DNA of 64,000 bases from an uncultured Acidobacteriota bacterium (GTDB lineage Bacteria > Acidobacteriota > Thermoanaerobaculia > Gp7-AA8), in NCBI GenBank assembly GCA_963822445.1, contig CAWGHO010000003.1:1056001-1120000 (forward strand). The letters are read 5' to 3'. Position numbers and translations under genes: made by a program. Shown here in pieces: positions 56,300 to 64,000 of this stretch (its first letter is position 1; every line of letters begins with the position of its first letter). The notes under the pieces were generated by a model. It was not told where the DNA came from. It ran no database searches and saw only the letters and a list, made by a program, of their open reading frames with translations.

Positions 56300-57454
56300 A
56301 TGCTGCAGTTCAACTCTTTGGAGACACCGCAACTGGAGCGCTTTCTCGAGCGCCACAAAGCCGGTTTGTCCCTGAAGAACGAGGTCGATCTCGACCTGGT
56401 CCTGCGCCAGATCCTCCAGAAAGCAAATGAGTTCGTCCCCTCGGAATCAGGCTCGATCCTGCTCGACGACCCTTACCGGAAAGTGGCGACGCGCAAGGAC
56501 AACGAGCTCGTTTTCATCGCCACGTTCGGCGATTCGAGCGCCAACCTCATTGGGCAGCGGCTCTCCGCACAGAACGGCATCGTGGGACGCGTCTATCAGA
56601 GCGGCACACCGCATCTTTCCGCGGATGTCGAACGGGACAACTACTTCTATCGCGATATCGACGAGGCCATCGGTCACAAGACCAACTCCCTCGTCGCCGT
56701 GCCCGTTCACATCGGAAAGCACGTCTGCGGAGTGCTCGAACTGATCAATCGGCTCGACCGCCAGCCGTTCACGTTGCGGGACATGACGCTGCTGGAGATC
56801 TTCGCCGGCTACACGTCCTTCACGCTGCAGAACGCGCTCGACGCCAAACGCGCGCACGAGCTGGCGAAGAAGGACGATCTGACCGGGCTGTACAACGATC
56901 GCTGGTTCCATGTCCGTCTCACGGAAACGTTGTCCGAGGCGCGGCAGAGTGGGAAAGAAGCGGTGTTGTTGTTCATGGATCTCGACCGCTTCAAGTGGGT
57001 GAATGACTGCCATGGACATCTCGCCGGCAGCCAGGTGCTCCGCGAGGTCGGATTTCTGCTCAAGCGGATCGTTCAGCGAACGGACGCGACCGTCGCGCGC
57101 TACGGTGGAGACGAGTTCGTGATGATCCTGCCGAACACGAGTCTCGACGAGGGGTTGCGCGTGTGCGAAGAAATTCGCCGCGCGATCGAGTCCACGACCT
57201 TCCTCGAGCGCGAGTGGGGCTTCAGCATGGCTCCCGTCCACCTGCGCGGCGTTCTGTCGGCGTCGATCGGCATCGCCCGCTTTGCGCCCGAGGCCGGTTC
57301 GATCTCGTCGGTGGAGATCGACAAGAACGAGCTCCTGCGCCGCGCGGACGTGGCCATGTACCACGCCAAATCGCTGGGCAAGAATCAGGTGGTCGTGTGG
57401 GACGAGGCGCTCATGCCGGCGGCGGGTGGTGAGTTGTCGGACGCGCGGACCTGA
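56300..57454 (+). CDS. GAF-GGDEF diguanylate cyclase
   Basis: GAF (GIVG.V, GVLELIN); DLTGLYN, DLDRFK.VND.HGH, ARYGGDEF; TATAAT upstream. Confidence 0.92.
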   Translation: MLQFNSLETPQLERFLERHKAGLSLKNEVDLDLVLRQILQKANEFVPSESGSILLDDPYRKVATRKDNELVFIATFGDSSANLIGQRLSAQNGIVGRVYQSGTPHLSADVERDNYFYRDIDEAIGHKTNSLVAVPVHIGKHVCGVLELINRLDRQPFTLRDMTLLEIFAGYTSFTLQNALDAKRAHELAKKDDLTGLYNDRWFHVRLTETLSEARQSGKEAVLLFMDLDRFKWVNDCHGHLAGSQVLREVGFLLKRIVQRTDATVARYGGDEFVMILPNTSLDEGLRVCEEIRRAIESTTFLEREWGFSMAPVHLRGVLSASIGIARFAPEAGSISSVEIDKNELLRRADVAMYHAKSLGKNQVVVWDEALMPAAGGELSDART

Positions 57455-57460
57455 ACGCCT

Positions 57461-57490
57461 TGTCATCCCTCGACTTCGCTCGGGATGACA
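57461..57490. repeat. REP-like hairpin (GTCATCCC...GGGATGAC), possible bidirectional terminator
   Basis: TGTCATCCC-TCGACTTCGCTC-GGGATGACA between convergent genes. Confidence 0.65.
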
Positions 57491-57504
57491 CGCGAACCGC
57501 GAGA

Positions 57505-57759
57505 TCAGCGACGTCGGGAGAGGTCGACACGGCGAAGGCTCTCGGACACCCGGACGTGAACGGCGAGGTCTTCCTCGCGATCGGTCGCTGTCGGCCACTC
57601 GGGCCGGATGAGGGCCGCGTGCCGCCGCAGCGCGTCGCCGACCGCAAGTGCTTCCGCGGCAGTCATCTGCCCCTTCTGCTCCGCCCAGCGGCGCCGCTTC
57701 GATTCCTCGATCGCCGCCCAGTCGCGGCTGGCATAAGCGATCAGATCGGCTTCGCGCAC
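57505..57759 (-). CDS. Small hypothetical protein (84 aa)
   Basis: MREADLIAYASRDWAAIEESK..WPT..DREEDL; extended -10 TGcTATTCT 8 nt before GTG. Confidence 0.65.
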   Translation of the reverse strand: MREADLIAYASRDWAAIEESKRRRWAEQKGQMTAAEALAVGDALRRHAALIRPEWPTATDREEDLAVHVRVSESLRRVDLSRRR

Positions 57760-57837
57760 GATTCGCGAGAATAGCATCTCCACACCGCCCCACTTTCTTG
57801 CTATCGTCTCGCATCCCGCACGAGGAGGCATTTCACC

Positions 57838-58854
57838 GTGGCAAAAATCACCGCTGAATACATCTGGATCGATGGTCAGAGACCGACCGCCAAGCTGCGC
57901 TCGAAGACCAAGATTCTCGACGCGCCGGTCAAGAAGCTCGAGGACATTCCCGAATGGGGTTACGACGGCTCGAGCACGGCACAGGCGAGCGGACATTTCA
58001 GCGATCTGCTGCTCCGTCCCGTCAGACATCTCCAGGACCCGCTGCATCGCGACAACGACATCCTCGTCCTCTGCGAGGTGCTCAATCCCGACGGCTCGGT
58101 TCACTGGAGCAACACCCGCGCGGCACTGCGCGAAGTCTCCGAAAAGTACAAGGATCACGACGCCTGGTTCGGCATCGAGCAGGAGTACACGCTCTTCGAA
58201 GGCAACCGTCCCCTCGGCTGGCCGGATCACGGATTCCCCGCGCCGCAGGGCGGCTACTACTGCGGCGTCGGCAGCGATGAAGTGTTCGGACGCGATCTCG
58301 TCGAAGCGCACGCCGAAGCCTGTGTTCGCGCCGGCATTCACATCTACGGAACGAACGCCGAGGTCATGCCGGCGCAGTGGGAGTTCCAGATCGGCGCGAT
58401 CGGTCCGCTCGACGTCGCCGACGAGCTCTGGATCGCCCGCTGGCTCCTCTACCGAATCGGCGAGGACCTCGGCATCAGCGCAACGCTATATCCGAAGCCG
58501 GTCAAAGGCGACTGGAACGGCGCCGGCGCGCACACGAACTTTTCCACGAAGTCGATGCGCCAGCCGGGCGGCATGAAGGTCATCGAAGACGCGATGCGCA
58601 AGCTCGAGAAGCGTCACGACGACCACATCAAGGTCTACGGCGCCCACAACGAGGAACGCCTGACCGGTCAGCATGAGACGGCGCCGATTCACCAGTTCCG
58701 CTGGGGAATCAGCGACCGCGGCGCGTCCATCCGCATCCCCATGGCCACCGCGAACCTCGGTTACGGGTACTTTGAAGACCGCCGCCCCGCCGCGAACATG
58801 GATCCGTATCAGGTCTGCGCGATGCTGATTGAAACGGTCTGCGGCGACTATTAG
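57838..58854 (+). CDS. glnII: Glutamine synthetase type II
   Basis: AEYIWIDG..LRSKT, WGYDGSST.QA, WFGIEQEY, PQG.YYCGVG, GDWNGAGAHTNFST, RLTG.HET, DRGASIRIP, EDRRPAAN; 338 aa. Confidence 0.93.
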   Translation: MAKITAEYIWIDGQRPTAKLRSKTKILDAPVKKLEDIPEWGYDGSSTAQASGHFSDLLLRPVRHLQDPLHRDNDILVLCEVLNPDGSVHWSNTRAALREVSEKYKDHDAWFGIEQEYTLFEGNRPLGWPDHGFPAPQGGYYCGVGSDEVFGRDLVEAHAEACVRAGIHIYGTNAEVMPAQWEFQIGAIGPLDVADELWIARWLLYRIGEDLGISATLYPKPVKGDWNGAGAHTNFSTKSMRQPGGMKVIEDAMRKLEKRHDDHIKVYGAHNEERLTGQHETAPIHQFRWGISDRGASIRIPMATANLGYGYFEDRRPAANMDPYQVCAMLIETVCGDY

Positions 58855-59531
58855 TCCTCGTCCACTCCCAGATGCCTGATGTCGACTCGCCGCACTCCCT
58901 CGAGTGCGGCGAGTCGTTCTTCCAGCCCGCTGAGATCGATCGCCTGCGCCGCGCGAAGCATCACCCGCATCGTGCTCTGCTCCGGGCCGCGTGAGATCGA
59001 GCGCCGCAACGGCGTCACATCCGGCAACTCCCGCCAGGCCGCATTGACCGCATGCACCGCCTCGGCATCGCAATCGACGCGAAGCTCGAAGCGTCCCATC
59101 CCGTTGTCGCGCCGCGCGATCCGCAACATGAAGGTCTCGACGCTGCGGAGCATCAACTGCACGATGACGATGCCCGCGGTGAGCGTGCCGGCGAGAACGT
59201 AGTGGCCGAGGCCGACGGCGACGCCCATGCTCGCGTCGGCCCAGAGCGTGGCCGCGGTGGTAACGCCTTGCACGGTCAGACCGCGATGCATGATCACGCC
59301 CGCGCCGATGAAGCCGATGCCGCCGACGACAGCCGCCGCGATCTGTCCGGGATTGTGATTCTCGGGCCCGAACGTATTCGACATCATCGCGAAGCCCGCC
59401 GCGCCGAGCGCGACCAGGGTCATCGTCTTGAGGCCGGCGTGCTTCTGACGCCACTCGCGCTCGACGCCGATGACGGCGCCGAACGCGATGGCGAGCGCGA
59501 TGCGGATGACGATCGTGACCGGATCGATCAT
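58851..59531 (-). CDS. MgtC/SapB family protein
   Basis: IGVERE..K.AGLKT, GIGFIGAG, GVTTAATLW. Confidence 0.92.
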   Translation of the reverse strand: MIDPVTIVIRIALAIAFGAVIGVEREWRQKHAGLKTMTLVALGAAGFAMMSNTFGPENHNPGQIAAAVVGGIGFIGAGVIMHRGLTVQGVTTAATLWADASMGVAVGLGHYVLAGTLTAGIVIVQLMLRSVETFMLRIARRDNGMGRFELRVDCDAEAVHAVNAAWRELPDVTPLRRSISRGPEQSTMRVMLRAAQAIDLSGLEERLAALEGVRRVDIRHLGVDED

Positions 59532-61075
59532 CTGCTCATGTTCGGAAGCCCGAGCCAGAACCCGGCGGGGTACATCACGTAGCCCTTCAGGTCCTTATCC
59601 ATCACCGCGACGTTGATCTGGTGGTAGAGCGAAAGGTAGGGCAGGTCTTCCTGCACGATCTTCTGGATCTCGGCGTAAATCTGCTTGCGCTTGGCGCGAT
59701 CGAACGTGCCGCGGCCCTGCGTGATCAGCGCATCCACCCGCGGGTTGCTGTAGTACCCGCGGTTCTGCCCCTCGGGCGGGAAGTTCTTCGAGTGGAAGAT
59801 GACGTAGTAAAAGTCCGGATCCTGGATGCCGTTCCGGCTCAGCGAGTACATGTCGAAGTTGCCCTTGCCGATGTCCTCGAAGAACGTGCCCGTCTCGACC
59901 GACTGCACTTTCATGTCGATGCCCACCTGCTTGAGCATCTGCTGGATCGCGACCGCGCGCTGATTGGCTTCCGCACTCGTGGAGGTCTTGAACGTGAGCG
60001 AGAACCGCGGCTGCGGGCCGTCGCCGTCCGGATCCCGGTAACCCGCCTGATCGAGAAGCTGTTTCGCGCGCGCGGGGTCGTACGGATAGGTCGGCAGATT
60101 TGCGGCGCGGACCCAATGGCCCTCGCCGAACATGGTGTCCGTGGGAACGCCGTGGCCGCCGAGGAGGTCCTTGGCGATCTTGGCGCGATCGATGGAGTGG
60201 GCGATCGCGCGGCGCACGTCGACCTTTGCCAGGACCGGATTCTTGAGATTGAAGGCGAGATACTGCCACACCGAGCCGGCTTTCTTGATGACCTGGTGTT
60301 TCGGGCTGTTCTCGAACTCCTTCACGCTCTCGAAGGGAATGGCGTTCACTTCGAAGTCGATCGAGCCGCGGCGCAGCTCGAGGACGCGCGTCGTTTCATC
60401 GGGGATGGTGCGGACGGTCAGGTGCTTGATCTTCGGCACACCGTGATGCCATCCGTCGAAAGCCTCGAGCTCGACGGCTTCGTCCGTCCGGTACTCGATG
60501 ATCTTGTATGGACCGGATGAGATCGGCTTCGACTTCATCGCGTTCGCATCCGAGTTTGCCGGCACGATCCCCATGTTCAGGTTGTCGAACAGGCCGCCGT
60601 TCGGCTCGCGCAGATGGAGGATGACCGTTTTCGCGTCCGGCGCTTCGATGCGCTCGACGGCGGAGTAGCCGGAAGCCTTGGTGTTCTGCACGGTCTGATT
60701 GATGACCGATTCGTAGGTCCACTTCACGTCCTGCGCGGTGACGGGGCGTCCGTCGTGGAACTTCGCGTTCGGATTGAGGTGGAAGATGATGGTCTTGTCG
60801 TCCGGCGTCTCCCAGTTGGTGGCCAGATCGGGCGCGTAATCCATCTCCGGCGTGACCCGGATCAGGCCGCGGCAGCAGAGGTCGAAGATCCGTCCGGAGA
60901 CGTTGTCGTTGCCGACCCGCGGGTCGAGGTTGGTGGGGGCGCTGGTGGCCGCGATGACCATCCGGTTCGCGTCGGCCTCCCCGCCGCTCCCCCCGGCCTT
61001 CTTTTCGCCACCGCCGCATCCTGTCAGTGCGACCGCGAAAACGGCCGCGAGCACGAGCAAATACCGCGTTCTCAT
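59528..61075 (-). CDS. ABC transporter substrate-binding lipoprotein, family 5 (peptide/nickel)
   Basis: Lipobox LTGC; LDP, PDLA..W, FHDG, GPY, VRRAIAHSIDR. Confidence 0.93.
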   Translation of the reverse strand: MRTRYLLVLAAVFAVALTGCGGGEKKAGGSGGEADANRMVIAATSAPTNLDPRVGNDNVSGRIFDLCCRGLIRVTPEMDYAPDLATNWETPDDKTIIFHLNPNAKFHDGRPVTAQDVKWTYESVINQTVQNTKASGYSAVERIEAPDAKTVILHLREPNGGLFDNLNMGIVPANSDANAMKSKPISSGPYKIIEYRTDEAVELEAFDGWHHGVPKIKHLTVRTIPDETTRVLELRRGSIDFEVNAIPFESVKEFENSPKHQVIKKAGSVWQYLAFNLKNPVLAKVDVRRAIAHSIDRAKIAKDLLGGHGVPTDTMFGEGHWVRAANLPTYPYDPARAKQLLDQAGYRDPDGDGPQPRFSLTFKTSTSAEANQRAVAIQQMLKQVGIDMKVQSVETGTFFEDIGKGNFDMYSLSRNGIQDPDFYYVIFHSKNFPPEGQNRGYYSNPRVDALITQGRGTFDRAKRKQIYAEIQKIVQEDLPYLSLYHQINVAVMDKDLKGYVMYPAGFWLGLPNMSR

Positions 61076-61099
61076 TCGTTACTCCTCCGTCCGGTGAGT

Positions 61100-61115
61100 T
61101 ACAAGAGGAATGCCC
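61100..61115 (-). promoter_or_regulatory. Possible sigma54-like promoter with variant -12
   Basis: GGGCATTCCTCTTGTA = GG-N10-GT. Confidence 0.35.
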
Positions 61116-61120
61116 GGGGT

Positions 61121-61248
61121 AGTACGGCGCTGGCGCGCCTCGCCGTAAGCAGTAGGCGGTAGGCAGGGGGCCGCCACACGCCCACGTGGCCGGGCGCGGT
61201 CCACTGCCTACCGCCTACCGCGAGGCGCGCAGCGCCGTACTGCCTACT
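61121..61248. repeat. Long palindromic element with GGCrGTA heptamers
   Basis: AGTACGGCGCTG..GTAGGCGGTAGGCAG..CTGCCTACCGCCTAC..CAGCGCCGTACT. Confidence 0.8.
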
Positions 61249-61264
61249 TGTATGATCGCCCGCC

Positions 61265-63388
61265 ATGTCGTTCAGAACACTCACTCTTATCTGCGCCGCG
61301 CTGATCGCGACCACCGCGGCGGCGCAACAGCAGAAAGTCATCGTCCTCGGATTCGACGGCGTCGACGCCAACTACACCGAGCGCTGGATGAACGAGGGGA
61401 AGCTGCCCAACCTCGCTAAGTTGCGGGCCCAGGGCACTTTCCGGCCGCTGTTGCCGACGACGCCCGCGCAGACGCCGGTGTCCTGGTCGACCTTCAGCAC
61501 GGGTATCGACCCCGGCCGTACGGGGATCTTCGACTTCCTTCGCCGCGATCCGAAAACGTACCTGCCGGTATTCGCCGCGTTCGACGAGACCACCGAGCCG
61601 TTCCTCCTCGGCGATCGCAACCCGTTCGTCTTCGGCGGCGGCCTGGGCCTGCTCTTTCTGATCATCGCGGCGATTCTTTTCGCGCGGCGGCGGCGCGTCG
61701 GCGGTGCGATCGTCGCGGTGTTGGCAATCGGATTGGGCGCTGCAGTTTTTTACGTCGTCCAGAAGTACATCCCGGCCACGCGCCCCGGCGTGATCAATCG
61801 CCGGCAGGGTACTCCGTTCTGGGAAGTCGCCGCGAAGGCGGGGAAGAAGTCGACGATCATCCACGTCCCGGTCACGTTCCCGGCCACCGATTTTCATGAA
61901 GGCCACATGCTCTCGGGTCTCGGCGTGCCCGATGTCTCGGGCCGCGTCGGTAAGCCCTTCTACTTCACCTCCGAGCTCGACTTTCAGCGCGCCGGCACCA
62001 ACGAGTTCTCGATCGAGGTCGTGCAACTCGAGGACAACAAGGGCGTCGTCGAGACGAAGCTGCAGGGGCCGCCGAACAAGCTGTTCAAAGAGCCGCCCTA
62101 CATCTCCATCCCGATGACGATCACCGTCGCCGACGATCGCAATTCGATTCAGATCGCCGTCAGCGGACAGACCTTTACCTTGAAGCCCGGCGAATGGACG
62201 GACTGGGTGAACTTCGTCTTTCCCTTCAACCCGCTGATCAAGGTCCATGGCGTGAGCCGCTTCCATCTGCTGTCCGTGCAGCCGGAAGTGAAGCTCTACC
62301 TGTCGCCGATCAACTTCGATCCCCGCAAGCTGCCGCCGGGCTTCCGGATCTCCACTCCGTCGAAGTGGGCGCCTGAGGTGGCCGAGGAGCTGGGGATTTA
62401 CAAGACGCTCGGGTGGCAGATCGATACCTGGGCGATCTCCGAAGGCTTTGCCACGGAGAAGATCTTCTGGGACGACATGGAGTGGACGGTCAGGCAGTCG
62501 CGGAAGATGTTCGAGGCCTTCCTGAAACGGGACGACGACCTGATCGTGCAGTGTTTCGAGTTCCCGGATCGCGTCGGCCATGTGTTCTGGCGCATCGTCG
62601 ATCCGAAGCATCCGGCGTACGACGCGAAGCTTGCCGCGGAGTGGGGCGACGCGGTGCTGAAGTCGTATCAGCTGATGGACGAGATCGTCGGCGACGCCAT
62701 GGCGGCCGCGGCGCGCAAGAACGCGCTGCTGATCGTCGCGTCGGACCACGGCTTCGCGTCGTTCCGCAAGCACGTGCACTACAACACCTGGCTGGTGCTC
62801 AACGGCTACATGACCTTGAAGACCGGCGTGCAGGTGAAGGAGCGCAACGTGGAGATGCTCTTCGATCAGGGGCAGTTCTGGGAGAACGTCGACTGGTCGA
62901 AGACGCGCGCGTACGCGATGGGGCTCGGCGAGCTGTATGTGAACGTGAAAGGCCGCGAGGCGCAGGGTATCGTCGAGCCGGGCGCCGAATACGACGCCTT
63001 GAAGGCGGAGCTGAAACAGCGGCTCGTGGCCATGCAGGATCCGGAAGACGGCGCGTATCCCATCCGCCGCGTCCTCGCCCGCGAGGAGGTCTACAAGAAG
63101 TTCGACCCGAACATGATCCCCGACCTCTTCATCCTCAACAACGACGGCTACCGCGTCTCCTGGCAAACCTCCCTCGGCGGCGTCCCCAAGGACGTCTTCC
63201 AACCCAACAAAGCCGTCTGGAGCGGCGACCACTGCTCGGTCGACCCCGAGATCGTGAAGGGGATCTTCTTCACGAACCGGAAGGTGGCCAGCGGTCGGGC
63301 TCCGTATATCGCCGATGTGTATCCCACGGTGCTGGGCGCACTGGGGGTGAACGTGCCGTATGAGGTTGATGGGGTAGAGTTGCGATAG
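61265..63388 (+). CDS. Alkaline phosphatase superfamily protein (nucleotide pyrophosphatase/phosphodiesterase-like)
   Basis: Signal peptide; LGFDG, PAQTPVSWSTF.TG..PG..GIFDF, SDHGF, WSGDH; internal TM hairpin. Confidence 0.88.
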   Translation: MSFRTLTLICAALIATTAAAQQQKVIVLGFDGVDANYTERWMNEGKLPNLAKLRAQGTFRPLLPTTPAQTPVSWSTFSTGIDPGRTGIFDFLRRDPKTYLPVFAAFDETTEPFLLGDRNPFVFGGGLGLLFLIIAAILFARRRRVGGAIVAVLAIGLGAAVFYVVQKYIPATRPGVINRRQGTPFWEVAAKAGKKSTIIHVPVTFPATDFHEGHMLSGLGVPDVSGRVGKPFYFTSELDFQRAGTNEFSIEVVQLEDNKGVVETKLQGPPNKLFKEPPYISIPMTITVADDRNSIQIAVSGQTFTLKPGEWTDWVNFVFPFNPLIKVHGVSRFHLLSVQPEVKLYLSPINFDPRKLPPGFRISTPSKWAPEVAEELGIYKTLGWQIDTWAISEGFATEKIFWDDMEWTVRQSRKMFEAFLKRDDDLIVQCFEFPDRVGHVFWRIVDPKHPAYDAKLAAEWGDAVLKSYQLMDEIVGDAMAAAARKNALLIVASDHGFASFRKHVHYNTWLVLNGYMTLKTGVQVKERNVEMLFDQGQFWENVDWSKTRAYAMGLGELYVNVKGREAQGIVEPGAEYDALKAELKQRLVAMQDPEDGAYPIRRVLAREEVYKKFDPNMIPDLFILNNDGYRVSWQTSLGGVPKDVFQPNKAVWSGDHCSVDPEIVKGIFFTNRKVASGRAPYIADVYPTVLGALGVNVPYEVDGVELR

Positions 63389-63390
63389 AG

Positions 63391-63861
63391 ATGGACTTCG
63401 GAAAGGTGTTCGATTTCATCCGCGCAATGAACCGTGAAGGTGTCGACTACATCACCTTCGGAGCGGTGGCGCTCAACCTGCACGGCGTCATCCGCGCTAC
63501 CACGGACGCCGATTTTTTCATCAAGCCCGAACGCGAGAACATCGAACGGCTCAAGCGTGCTTTGCGATCCATCTGGAGCGATCCTCACATTGACGAAATC
63601 ACTGCCGATGACCTCCTCGGCGACTATCCTTCGGTGATGTATGGGCCACCGGATGAAAGCTTCAGCTTTGACTTTCTCACACGGCTCGGGGAGGTCTACT
63701 CGTACGACAATCTTCCGTCTGAAGTGATCGAGTACGAAGGCATTCCTATTCGAGTCGTAACGGCTGCGAAGTTGTACGAGATGAAGAGCAACACGGTCCG
63801 GGGTCAGGACAAGGTGGATGCCGGCAGGCTCAACAGCAAATTTCGTTTCGAGGAACACTGA
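63391..63861 (+). CDS. Small nucleotidyltransferase-fold protein
   Basis: GAVALNLHG..RATTDADF, MK..T.R.QDK.D. Confidence 0.82.
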   Translation: MDFGKVFDFIRAMNREGVDYITFGAVALNLHGVIRATTDADFFIKPERENIERLKRALRSIWSDPHIDEITADDLLGDYPSVMYGPPDESFSFDFLTRLGEVYSYDNLPSEVIEYEGIPIRVVTAAKLYEMKSNTVRGQDKVDAGRLNSKFRFEEH

Positions 63862-64000
63862 TGCCGGTTCGCAAATATCGCTCGATCGAAGAGATGAACG
63901 CCGAGCGTGACTGGCTCGAAACGGGCGATCCCGCCATTCCTCGCAAGATCCGCTACCTTTGGGCTTTATCCGATGCGCTGCTCGGCTCTGTAGGAACGTG
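63861..64000 (+). CDS. Small partner protein of the nucleotidyltransferase (truncated by the window end)
   Basis: ATG overlaps the upstream TGA; MPVRKYRSIEEMNAERDWLETGDP... Confidence 0.65.
   Translation, partial: MPVRKYRSIEEMNAERDWLETGDPAIPRKIRYLWALSDALLGSVGT

Overview
GC-rich, gene-dense bacterial chromosome segment with about 72 CDS. Taxonomy is inferred, not shown: lipid A/KDO genes, TonB, and the style of the secreted and TPR proteins suggest Acidobacteriota, probably Thermoanaerobaculia. Housekeeping genes (rsgA, trmB, ruvC, pdhABC, lnt, frameshifted prfB, kdsC, purH, pepQ, type II glutamine synthetase, ligD) are interleaved with c-di-GMP enzymes, two ECF sigma factors, a PIN/DUF433 toxin-antitoxin pair and many REP-like or short-tandem palindromic elements, several of them in frame inside genes. 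I found no rRNA, tRNA, CRISPR array or transposase. The main findings are: (1) an ECF sigma factor coupled to a cytoplasmic TPR protein and convergent on a small secreted propeptide ending DMITIPRP, a candidate peptide-controlled sigma switch (15.0-17.4 kb); (2) a MerB-like gene with an in-frame UGA at a catalytic Cys position and a SECIS-like hairpin, probably a selenoprotein (5266-5886); (3) an orphan PafA/Dop-like ligase; (4) two convergent receiver proteins with hydrophobic C-terminal tails; (5) pervasive -10-only, probably leaderless, gene starts plus several sigma54-type promoters. All family assignments come from motif recognition by eye. No database search was run.
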